From contig CAYUJK010000001.1 in assembly GCA_964444895.1 (NCBI GenBank), positions 767-64,766 of the forward strand: a stretch of DNA of 64,000 nt, in the 5' to 3' direction. Below are positions 57,290 through 64,000 of this stretch, piece by piece. How positions within the stretch are numbered: the stretch's first letter is position 1; each line of letters starts with the position of its first letter. Origin of the DNA: an uncultured Roseivirgaceae bacterium. GTDB lineage: Bacteria > Bacteroidota > Bacteroidia > Cytophagales > Cyclobacteriaceae. The translations under genes and the position numbers were made by a program. Under the pieces are notes generated by a model. It saw nothing but the letters and a program-made list of their open reading frames with translations, made no database searches and was not told where the DNA came from.

Positions 57290-57492
57290 AGCTTCAATAA
57301 TTTGTCTGCGGTTTCCTTTACATCGGTGATCAGCCACGTTTTGATCCGTTCGGCAGTCGTCTTTCCAATCTTGCCCCCATTGATGAACCGGGAGATGGTG
57401 AACTCACTAAGCCCAAGCTCTTCAGCAAGTTCCCTTTGTGACATCATCCGGGACTTGAGAAGTTCCCTGATTTGGATTATTTCTTTTTCCAT
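57286..57492 (-). CDS. XRE/Cro-CI family HTH transcriptional regulator
   Basis: MSQRELAEELGLSEFTISRFINGG is a canonical HTH_XRE core. The start is taken at ATG 57492 (MEKEI) because a TAGATTTG box lies just upstream, at 57498-57505. Confidence 0.75.
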   Translation of the reverse strand: MEKEIIQIRELLKSRMMSQRELAEELGLSEFTISRFINGGKIGKTTAERIKTWLITDVKETADKLLKL

Positions 57493-57497
57493 AGATA

Positions 57498-57555
57498 CAA
57501 ATCTAAATATTTCCATATCAAAACGAGCAAACTTTTTGCTTTTTTGTTAGATTTG
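57498..57555. promoter_or_regulatory. divergent promoter/operator region
   Basis: TAGATTTG on the minus strand at 57498-57505 and on the plus strand at 57548-57555. Inverted repeat AGCAAA-CTT-TTTGCT at 57526-57540 lies between them. Confidence 0.55.
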
Positions 57556-57577
57556 GAAACATAAAATTTACCTATCT

Positions 57578-57913
57578 ATGATACCAGGATACGACGATTG
57601 GAAATTGGATAACCCCTACAACTGCCAGGACGAGCTGGAAAGCGTTGAGTTTGTGGAAATAGATGGCGAACATGCGGTATTCACTGTGTGTACCCGGAAG
57701 GGCGCTCAATACACGTCGCGCATCGGCACAGAAGACATCCTCCCGGATATATTGTTGGAAGGACCGGAGATCAACACTTCTGACTGCGGGATCATCGGGT
57801 GTGAGGACGACGAACTCATTGTTGCCATCAATGAAGAATACCCTGAATACGGTACAATTAGGATACCTCTAAACAGCATTGAAAATGAAATATTTGAGAA
57901 AATTGATGTTTAG
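57578..57913 (+). CDS. acidic hypothetical protein
   Basis: ATG ORF, 111 aa, 22 nt downstream of a TAGATTTG box. Confidence 0.6.
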   Translation: MIPGYDDWKLDNPYNCQDELESVEFVEIDGEHAVFTVCTRKGAQYTSRIGTEDILPDILLEGPEINTSDCGIIGCEDDELIVAINEEYPEYGTIRIPLNSIENEIFEKIDV

Positions 57914-58253
57914 CGTAAAGCCTGTGCATTGGTTTGTCGCCGGGTCATCGTGCCTGGTGCTCTCCTTGTTTTTTGCCGATGCAGTGCTTACGGTTATTGG
58001 TGGGGTCTTTTTTTGGTGTTACTATTACCGCATGTCTAATGCAATAAGTTCACACAAAGAGATTATGGTTGCCCGTGTCCACGATAAGATATGGTCATGC
58101 CGGAAGGACCATCAAACCAATGAGTACGTGTGGTACAACAAGACGGATGAACACCGGTTTCCGGCAGAGGAATACAGCCAGCGTGAATCCGAGGAAGAGT
58201 TAAGGCAATTGGTAAAATGGGTTACCCCGCTGAAGGTGTTTAAAAAAAAATAG
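57879..58253 (+). CDS. two-TM membrane protein
   Basis: Hydrophobic helices WFVAGSSCLVLSLFFA and VLTVIGGVFFWCYYY. Confidence 0.5.
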   Translation: MKMKYLRKLMFSVKPVHWFVAGSSCLVLSLFFADAVLTVIGGVFFWCYYYRMSNAISSHKEIMVARVHDKIWSCRKDHQTNEYVWYNKTDEHRFPAEEYSQRESEEELRQLVKWVTPLKVFKKK

Positions 58254-58284
58254 TTAAATGTGGATATTCTCTCTGTGCAAATTC

Positions 58285-58458
58285 CTACCACCAAAAAATT
58301 CCTGCCCAAATCAGTACAAATGCTATCAGGGCTATGGCCAACAAAGGTGATTCCAAATCCCATGTGTAATCACCATAGGTGTTTCTGCTATTGTACCATA
58401 TCCGGCCTATAACAGCCGCTATGACGATGACGAAAATAATCCAACTCCAGTGTATCAT
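58285..58458 (-). CDS. small two-TM protein
   Basis: In-frame ATG at 58458 (MIHWSWIIFVIVIAAVIG) follows the upstream stop by 2 nt. Confidence 0.5.
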   Translation of the reverse strand: MIHWSWIIFVIVIAAVIGRIWYNSRNTYGDYTWDLESPLLAIALIAFVLIWAGIFWW

Positions 58459-58460
58459 AT

Positions 58461-58736
58461 CTATCTGATTTTTGGTGCATGAAACCATTTTTCCCGGCCA
58501 CAATGCCTGCATATCGTTGCTGAACTCGTGATCACGACAGGCTGAAAATTATCACACAAGGTTTGTGGCTTATCTTCTACGGCGTTGAGTTCCTTTATTC
58601 TTTTCATTACCCACTCTACGCCCATTTGGAAGTGTTTTTGTGATAAGCGGTGATAATCTGTCCCATCATACGGGACTGTGAACGGATGGCTGGATATGGC
58701 GTTTTTTATTTCTTCTTCTGAGGGGAGTTTCATCAC
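58461..58736 (-). CDS. hypothetical protein
   Basis: ATG ORF, 91 aa, with CRHC near the C-terminus. Confidence 0.55.
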   Translation of the reverse strand: MMKLPSEEEIKNAISSHPFTVPYDGTDYHRLSQKHFQMGVEWVMKRIKELNAVEDKPQTLCDNFQPVVITSSATICRHCGREKWFHAPKIR

Positions 58737-58850
58737 AGTGTTTGCTCGTTAGTAAGTTGGAAAACAAATAAGAAAGATGTGGGCATTCACCCACACCTTA
58801 ATCACCACGCCGTGAAGGATTGTTAGTCCCTGCGAAGGCCCCAGGCCGTC

Positions 58851-58880
58851 GGTGAACCATCTGGACTCGAACCAGCTCCG
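58851..58880 (-). other. isolated tRNA 3'-half-like fragment (T-arm plus acceptor-like strand)
   Basis: Minus strand reads CTGG-TTCGAGT-CCAG-ATGGTTCACC. It begins 5 nt after the 3' end of the adjacent tRNA-like gene, and no matching 5' half was found. Confidence 0.4.
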
Positions 58881-58951
58881 TGGGAAGTAAGAGACTCGAA
58901 CTCTTGTGCCTATGATTTACAGTCATTGCCCACTACCCTGGTGTCCTTCCC
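58881..58951 (-). tRNA. tRNA-like gene, anticodon GUA (Tyr), non-canonical
   Basis: Hand fold: acceptor GGGAAGG/ACTTCCC (7-66 mismatch). Anticodon loop CTGTAAA on the stem ATGA/TCAT. T-arm AAGAG-TTCGAGT-CTCTT. The D-arm is weak and the variable loop is short. Confidence 0.45.
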
Positions 58952-59202
58952 AAAATATAGAAATGAGACCACCGCGGTTCCTAAGGCCGGTGCCAGCTTC
59001 GCCGCTTACGGTACATGACAGGCTGGTGGTCTCAATTTCTTTAAAAGAGGGGAGACCTTCTCTCCCCTCTGATCTGTCTTGCGCTGGCGGGTTGGGCCAC
59101 ATTCTCGGACATCTCAAGTTAAGATGAACTTGGAGGGTTATCCCAACTGTACCCCTCCGAAACACCTCACGCCATTTAAGCGCTATCTGCTTGGGTGGTA
59201 TG

Positions 59203-59275
59203 TAGCGGCGGCTGGAATCGAACCAGCGTACCCAACAGGTTATGAGCCTGGGAGGAAACCAACATCCTCGCCGCG
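59203..59275 (-). tRNA. tRNA-like gene, anticodon CAU (Met, initiator-like 1-72 mismatch)
   Basis: Hand fold: acceptor CGCGGCG/CGCCGCT with C1-U72 unpaired. D-loop contains TTGGTTT. Anticodon loop CTCATAA. T-arm GCTGG-TTCGATT-CCAGC. The junction geometry is slightly non-canonical. Confidence 0.55.
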
Positions 59276-59451
59276 ATATAAGGGGCCGTCGCCCCCTAAT
59301 TCACACTGTTTCGCGATATCCCTTCGGTTTCTTGTTTACCCGCCTGGGACAATTTAAGGCCGTGTGCGCCTTCGTTTCTTTAAAACAGAGGCTTTTCGCA
59401 AATAAGCTTACCGGCCTCTGTCCTTTCGTCTGATGAGGACACTGCTCTTCA

Positions 59452-59483
59452 AAAAGGAGAGGCCCTTATGACCTGCTCCTTTT
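59452..59483. terminator. bidirectional terminator-like hairpin
   Basis: AAAAGGAG (59452-59459) pairs with CTCCTTTT (59476-59483). It lies 16 nt downstream of the end of 59499..59681(-). Confidence 0.55.
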
Positions 59484-59498
59484 AAACCCTAAACCAAC

Positions 59499-59681
59499 CT
59501 ATATAAAACGTTTTTCAAGTTGTATTTCTGAAATATCCTTCAAATCTACTAAATCACCTTTCTCTTTGATCTTCTCGTATAACGAAATCAATCCAGATAA
59601 ATCCTGTCTTGATAGATTCTGTCCTAAAACAAACCTTTGTGCGTTTTGAAGGATGTCGATATGTTCTTTTTTAACGTTCAT
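59499..59681 (-). CDS. small hypothetical protein
   Basis: ATG ORF, 60 aa, followed by a terminator-like hairpin. Confidence 0.5.
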   Translation of the reverse strand: MNVKKEHIDILQNAQRFVLGQNLSRQDLSGLISLYEKIKEKGDLVDLKDISEIQLEKRFI

Positions 59682-59697
59682 TAATTCAAATTTACCT

Positions 59698-60117
59698 TCA
59701 ACTCAATAATTTTTGCTTAACATCTTGAAACCTCTCATACAAAGTCTCCCCGGTATTACTTACCATAAAGGGCATTAGCAACCCCTCCATGCTCGCTTGT
59801 CCAGATTCTATAATTGCCATCTGAGCTGAAATCCAATCCTTAATAATCCTCCAACTCACCCTCAATGCCTGATCGCTGTTTTTTAGGCTATTTGGTATCT
59901 TTTGTGATTTCATCACCTTCAATACCCCAATGTAGTTGCATGGGAGGCGGTAGTTAATAGGATACCCATCTACAGTCATAGCGAAAGTAAGCGCCACGGG
60001 CTGACCGTCTTGGTAATCTATCATTATATGAGAAGCTTTATGGTATGAAAGTACCTTTTGTATCTCCATTAGAGTTTTCTCAGGTGAGATTGTTGTTGAA
60101 TATTTTATTATAGCCAT
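59698..60117 (-). CDS. hypothetical protein
   Basis: ATG ORF, 139 aa. Confidence 0.6.
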   Translation of the reverse strand: MAIIKYSTTISPEKTLMEIQKVLSYHKASHIMIDYQDGQPVALTFAMTVDGYPINYRLPCNYIGVLKVMKSQKIPNSLKNSDQALRVSWRIIKDWISAQMAIIESGQASMEGLLMPFMVSNTGETLYERFQDVKQKLLS

Positions 60118-60122
60118 CTAAC

Positions 60123-60251
60123 TCAATTCAAATTCATCTTAACCTCAATCAACTCCCTGCTCACCACCGGACGCACCTCCCTCACCCTGCGGGTTAATTC
60201 CCCCATAGACTTCTTCCGTAGGTACATCAATATTTCCTCCCTGGTTAACAT
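60123..60251 (-). CDS. 42-aa basic helical protein, not in the supplied track
   Basis: Own translation: MLTREEILMYLRKKSMGELTRRVREVRPVVSRELIEVKMNLN. It fits the gap between its neighbours, leaving 12 nt and 5 nt. Confidence 0.4.
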   Translation of the reverse strand: MLTREEILMYLRKKSMGELTRRVREVRPVVSRELIEVKMNLN

Positions 60252-60263
60252 CTCCTCTTACTG

Positions 60264-60521
60264 TCATCCGTTTTTTGACTTATAAGTACGAACCATCTCC
60301 AAAAACGATGCATAATCAGCACGAACCGTATACGTGCCCCCATCATAAGACTCCAACAAAGTGTGCTCCCCATCCCGGTCAGGGTAAAACAACTTTATCC
60401 CACTAACCATAATACAAGCAGGCCTCCACTCCCATCCCTCATCGTAGTCCTTCAAACTGCCACGCAAATCATCCGAAAGTTCTCCACCACCAACTGAACA
60501 CTTTACCTCAACTTCTATCAT
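60264..60521 (-). CDS. hypothetical protein
   Basis: ATGA-coupled ORF, 85 aa. Confidence 0.55.
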   Translation of the reverse strand: MIEVEVKCSVGGGELSDDLRGSLKDYDEGWEWRPACIMVSGIKLFYPDRDGEHTLLESYDGGTYTVRADYASFLEMVRTYKSKNG

Positions 60522-60934
60522 AACCTATTATTTACCGTATCTAAAAACCTGTCAAACTCAAATAAACTCAAATCCCCAACATCCAACTTCCTAACCAACC
60601 TCTCCAACGATCCCTTATACATGATCGGAACCTCCAACCTAAACACATCCACAGCAGGAACCTCATCCAACAACCTATACCCCATAGCCCTCACCTCATT
60701 TTCAGCAAACACCCTCTTGTCATTATCAACCCTCACAATATCTACATCACCAACACCATTCCTTTTCACCATCTCCTGAAAATACCTAAACTTACCCCCT
60801 CTATTGTAATAACCCAACCTAAGCCTGCTTCGGTAAACATGAACAACCTTATTACTGCACTCCAACAAATAAGCCTCCTTATCTGTTTTCCCTATTATCG
60901 CGTAAAAACCCTTTTTGTCCACTTTTTTATCCAT
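60518..60934 (-). CDS. hypothetical protein
   Basis: ATG ORF, 138 aa. Confidence 0.55.
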   Translation of the reverse strand: MDKKVDKKGFYAIIGKTDKEAYLLECSNKVVHVYRSRLRLGYYNRGGKFRYFQEMVKRNGVGDVDIVRVDNDKRVFAENEVRAMGYRLLDEVPAVDVFRLEVPIMYKGSLERLVRKLDVGDLSLFEFDRFLDTVNNRL

Positions 60935-61444
60935 GATAACAAATATACAGTTATTTTACGGTATTTAACAACAGAAACCCAGTTATTTACAACAGGCTTT
61001 AGTTATCACTAAAAACACAGTAGCATTAAAACCTATAAAAACCGAAAGAAAAAACCCTTTGCCCAAATCGGATATACAGGGGTAGATGGGGGGCTGATCT
61101 ATATTTACCCCCCCCTCGAATCCTAATGGGAAATCGCTTTTTCTAACCCCAGGGGGCTTGTTTTGCAATATGGGACCCTTTTTTTTATAGAAATAGCATG
61201 GTGGATGCCGGCCTCAAACAAACTAATTACACTATCCTGAATTGCATTAATCAAAGAAAATTTGCTTTCTTCATGTAAAATGTGCTTATATTGCGTGGAA
61301 AATGGGTTTTTGGATAATAAATATTATCGAAAATGAAGTCGGCCAGGGCGGGACAAATGTCCTTGCGCCGCGGAACAAATGTCTATTTATGGGCGAAGCT
61401 GACGACCTATCTACAAACCTAATCTCCTGCATGTAGGTATTTTT

Positions 61445-61897
61445 ATGGGTTTTTCACACAAATCAATCCTTAATTTCACATGTTTATTTGTTGAAGGCCG
61501 CCGCAAAAACCGTATTTTCCGATCTTTTAAGGAGAAATACGGAGTACCGGCGAGTGATATAAACTTTTTGATCGTCTGTTTACAGTTGCGCGAGCATATT
61601 GGTTATATCCACAAAGTTGATCTCAGGAGTGTTTTGCATTGGTACTCTGATGGCGGTTATTACAAACGCCTGCGGGCAATACGTCTTAAAGGTTGGCTTT
61701 CGTTAGGTGTTGGCAATACTATTGTGATTACTGAGGCTGGGGAAATGGTAATATCGAATTATTGCAGGTTTGTGGAGGGTGAATTTTTCAAACACATTTG
61801 CAGGATTAGCGCGCTTGCGCGGTCCCCGCGCCGGGCTGGTCGGGTCTCCTCTCTTCTTTCTTCTCTTCCCAGTAGTGGTAAGGGGCTTATTGATTGA
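61445..61897 (+). CDS. winged-helix (MarR-like) DNA-binding protein candidate
   Basis: The pattern ...LIVCLQLREHIGYIHKVDLRSVL...YYKRLRAIRLKGWLS...IVITEAGEMV follows a wHTH layout. The C-terminus is Ser/Arg-rich. Confidence 0.4.
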   Translation: MGFSHKSILNFTCLFVEGRRKNRIFRSFKEKYGVPASDINFLIVCLQLREHIGYIHKVDLRSVLHWYSDGGYYKRLRAIRLKGWLSLGVGNTIVITEAGEMVISNYCRFVEGEFFKHICRISALARSPRRAGRVSSLLSSLPSSGKGLID

Positions 61898-62071
61898 TGT
61901 AGGGCTTCCGGGTGGGGCGTATTCAATTATCTATCTATTAGTAGTGTGATTACCTTATTTGATGCTTGCGTGTCTTATAGGGCTTTAAAATGGCTCGTTT
62001 GAGATGGACAATAAAAAACCCTGAAAGCCTTATACCTTCAGGGATTTTTGCAAATTCAGATTGAAAAAACA

Positions 62072-62503
62072 TCACAGACCGCCAAATATATTTATTCCTG
62101 ATTGAGGAAACACGAATATAAATTCATTTTTCCCGGTGTTAAGGTCCATTAACAGGTATGTGTTTTCGGTGATCCTGAGAATTGGCGTGCTGATAATCGG
62201 GAACATGTTAACGGTCCTGAACGTTGTAGTCTGGCTTTGCGCTTGCGTGGTCCTGTCCGCATGCCATGCCGCTTTTCTTTGCACCAGGATTTCCTGCCAC
62301 TCCGGGCCCAAGTCCCACCCGGCCCAGCTTGGTGCCTGGTATTCCTCGTCCTCGTCCTCGTCCTCGTCGCCTTCCATCTCTGAGATGCAGCACCATTCTA
62401 CATATTGATGCTGAATGCGTTGTATTGACTGCGCATGTGCCCCCAGGGTAGCTATTACGAACAATATGAGTAATAGCACATTCTTGATTTTCTTTTGTCT
62501 CAT
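62072..62503 (-). CDS. secreted protein with poly-Asp/Glu tract
   Basis: Signal peptide LLLILFVIATLGAHAQ. The GDEDEDEDEDEEY tract is encoded by a (CCTCGT)n repeat on the plus strand. Confidence 0.55.
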   Translation of the reverse strand: MRQKKIKNVLLLILFVIATLGAHAQSIQRIQHQYVEWCCISEMEGDEDEDEDEEYQAPSWAGWDLGPEWQEILVQRKAAWHADRTTQAQSQTTTFRTVNMFPIISTPILRITENTYLLMDLNTGKNEFIFVFPQSGINIFGGL

Positions 62504-62628
62504 AATCTTGAAATTTGTTTGTTTAGAGTGGTTTTACGGGCAAAGGCAAAAAATAGTTTTGGTTTGCGCAACTATTTTGTGTAACGTCGCGTTACAAGAA
62601 TTATAAATGTTCAACAAAAGATTAAGAC

Positions 62629-62823
62629 ATGAAAAGCAGAAATCAAATTTATCTTCAGGTAATTGAGGAAATGCCTTATGCTTCGGAAGCAGAGGTGAGT
62701 GAGCAAGTTGATATTCGTATTAACGAGCAGTATGAAAGAACCGAAAGGCATGACGATGACGCGACGCAAGAAAACATGCACTACCCCGACGCGTACGGCA
62801 CCGGCTCCATATTTGACTATTAG
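62629..62823 (+). CDS. small acidic protein
   Basis: ATG ORF, 64 aa. Confidence 0.45.
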   Translation: MKSRNQIYLQVIEEMPYASEAEVSEQVDIRINEQYERTERHDDDATQENMHYPDAYGTGSIFDY

Positions 62824-62843
62824 TGTGGTGGCGATGACCTCAA

Positions 62844-63014
62844 ATGGCTATGTTCAATTCAAAATTCAAGACGATGAAAACTTTAGTAGAATTTTACATG
62901 AAAGGCAAACCGCGACAAACAAAAGAGTTTGATACTCAAAAAGAAGCTTTTGCCTTCATGAGTGCACTTGCTGAAAATGAAGAGTGCGAAGCGTACGGGA
63001 TAGTAAGGCGGTAA
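62844..63014 (+). CDS. 56-aa protein, not in the supplied track
   Basis: Own translation: MAMFNSKFKTMKTLVEFYMKGKPRQTKEFDTQKEAFAFMSALAENEECEAYGIVRR. A strong terminator follows 18 nt downstream. Confidence 0.4.
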   Translation: MAMFNSKFKTMKTLVEFYMKGKPRQTKEFDTQKEAFAFMSALAENEECEAYGIVRR

Positions 63015-63031
63015 TTATTTTGGTTAAACAG

Positions 63032-63064
63032 AAAAATCCGGGATGAGAGCCCGGATTTTTTTTT
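63032..63064. terminator. bidirectional rho-independent terminator
   Basis: AAAAATCCGGG (63032-63042), loop ATGAGAG, then CCCGGATTTTTTTTT. Flanked by convergent genes. Confidence 0.8.
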
Positions 63065-63101
63065 GGCATTATGAAAACTGCAAAATGAAAGAAAGGTAGT
63101 A

Positions 63102-63338
63102 TTATTTGCGTGTACGCTTCGCCTGCTTGCTGCTCCCGGCGGCCTTCGGTACATGTCCCTTATACTTCGGGTACTTTTTCGCCACCGTTGCATAACCCGC
63201 CTTACGGGTCGGGCTGACCTGCTTCAGGGCCGGCTTTCCGTAGAGCCGGGTAGGCGGGGTTTTCGCTGACTCATTCAGCTTTTTAGCGGCCTTCTTAGCG
63301 GCCCTGGCTTGCTTTCTGCTATTGTCGTACATCGCCAT
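63102..63338 (-). CDS. histone H1-like Lys/Ala-rich basic protein
   Basis: 78 aa, with KQARAAKKAAKK...KAAGSSKQAKRTRK, a composition typical of bacterial H1/HC1-like DNA-binding proteins. Confidence 0.5.
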   Translation of the reverse strand: MAMYDNSRKQARAAKKAAKKLNESAKTPPTRLYGKPALKQVSPTRKAGYATVAKKYPKYKGHVPKAAGSSKQAKRTRK

Positions 63339-63437
63339 TTATGTTTAGATGCTGCAATTCTTTTTTATGATCAAGTATAAAGGAAATTATTTTTTTTTGC
63401 TTTTCAAAGAAATAGTATTTTCAGTATAGGAACAAAA

Positions 63438-63839
63438 CTACGTGTTTATTCTTTTCATTCCCGCAAATTCCCTCCTTTCGTTCCACGTTGAACATGTTTT
63501 TATGAAATAAATCACGTGAAAAGCCTCTGCCTCATTGAAGTTTTTGACCCTAAAAATTAATATCCTGCTCCTCACCCATTCTTTTTGATCCCTAATTAAA
63601 TCCTCATTGTAATTGTGTTCAGGTCCATCTATTTCTATAGCTAACCCTAATTCATGATTCCAGAAATCAAATATTCTAAACCCCCAACGGGCCTGCCTGG
63701 TCCATTTTCTGCCCGTTGTAAATAGTTTTGTTTTGAACCAATTTTCCGCTTTATTGGTTGAACAAATCGCCCTGTTTTGCGCCTGTCTCATAGCCATGTA
63801 TGCATGTTCTTTGGCTGTTGTAGTGTAATCTTTACTCAT
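63438..63839 (-). CDS. DUF559 (Vsr-like, PD-(D/E)XK) endonuclease-domain protein
   Basis: LGLAIEIDGPEHNYNEDLIRDQKEWVRSRILIFRV matches the DUF559 core (xEhDG..H....D..RD......G..hhRh). Confidence 0.65.
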   Translation of the reverse strand: MSKDYTTTAKEHAYMAMRQAQNRAICSTNKAENWFKTKLFTTGRKWTRQARWGFRIFDFWNHELGLAIEIDGPEHNYNEDLIRDQKEWVRSRILIFRVKNFNEAEAFHVIYFIKTCSTWNERREFAGMKRINT

Positions 63840-64000
63840 AATTATTACATCTTTTTGTTAGATTCAGATTTTTGGTGCAGGTCTCAAAAAACAAGTCAAC
63901 CCCTCCCCCCTCCCCAGGTAGAGAGATCGACTTTTTTTGAGGCCGTATAAATTATCTTCCCGTTGAGTTCGAGTTTCCGTATGCTGTGGCTGAGGGTGGG

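Noticed and set aside
58851-58951. Reading the Tyr-like tRNA plus the downstream T-arm as one class II (long variable arm) tRNA-Tyr
   Set aside because: The variable region would be about 34 nt, and the required 5' acceptor strand (TGAACCA) is absent upstream.
58779-59483. tmRNA
   Set aside because: No 5' GGGG...acceptor pairs with a 3' ...CCACCA end. There is no G3-U70-type acceptor and no short tag reading frame ending in Ala-Ala-stop. T-arms occur in separate cloverleaf-like units instead.
60518-60934. GIY-YIG homing endonuclease
   Set aside because: GFYAIIGK...YLLECSN only loosely resembles GIY...YIG. The conserved Arg/Glu/Asn positions could not be placed.
60983-61168. 61-aa minus-strand ORF
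   Set aside because: It lies in a 500-nt low-complexity intergenic region with poly-C/poly-G runs. The translation is implausible and it is not coupled to neighbouring genes.
62699-62932. 77-aa ORF overlapping both 62629..62823 and 62844..63014
   Set aside because: It overlaps two better-positioned ORFs in another frame. The 56-aa ORF ends right at a strong terminator, which favours that reading.
1-64000. Integrase, excisionase or direct att repeats defining prophage ends
   Set aside because: No tyrosine- or serine-recombinase motifs were recognised in any ORF. I saw no long direct repeats flanking the phage core within the window, so the lifestyle remains undetermined.

Overview
The window is almost entirely a densely packed tailed dsDNA phage (or prophage) genome. 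No rRNA genes, CRISPR array or transposase/integrase were recognised. All functional calls come from reading motifs by eye; no searches were run.

Layout:
- 1-12.6 kb (+): replication/recombination module. It holds a YqaJ-like exonuclease, a DnaB helicase interrupted by an intein, a DEDDh exonuclease, an ASCH protein, RusA and a Gp37/Gp68 (DUF5131) protein.
- 12.6-15.2 kb (-): lysis cassette with a cell-wall hydrolase candidate, several small membrane proteins and an overlapped spanin-like pair.
- 15.2-34.6 kb (-): virion module with scaffold-like and capsid-like genes, 1423-aa and 1024-aa fibre-like proteins, and an FN3 domain.
- 34.8-43.2 kb (+): late operon. It opens with three translationally coupled sugar-tailoring genes (a GT / SAM-methyltransferase / GT fusion, a sulfotransferase-like protein, a Stealth-like phosphotransferase), followed by a possible small terminase, the large terminase and a portal candidate.
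- 43.2-56.2 kb: giant ORFs of 1069 aa and 2197 aa plus partner genes.
- 56.4-58.7 kb: small early genes around a divergent HTH switch.
- 58.78-59.48 kb: ORF-free region dense in hairpins, with two tRNA-like cloverleaves.
- 59.5-64 kb: a looser region of small genes (wHTH, H1-like basic protein, DUF559 endonuclease).

Perfect TAnnTTTG boxes at four intergenic junctions suggest a Bacteroidota-type host.

Most interesting observations:
- the glycan-tailoring cassette inside the late operon;
- an 18-bp tandem array built on the palindrome TTGTCAAAATGACAA, with an identical copy at the other divergent late junction;
- a class-3-like intein (Ala1, no N-terminal nucleophile) with a LAGLIDADG endonuclease in the DnaB P-loop;
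- the structured-RNA/tRNA-like region.
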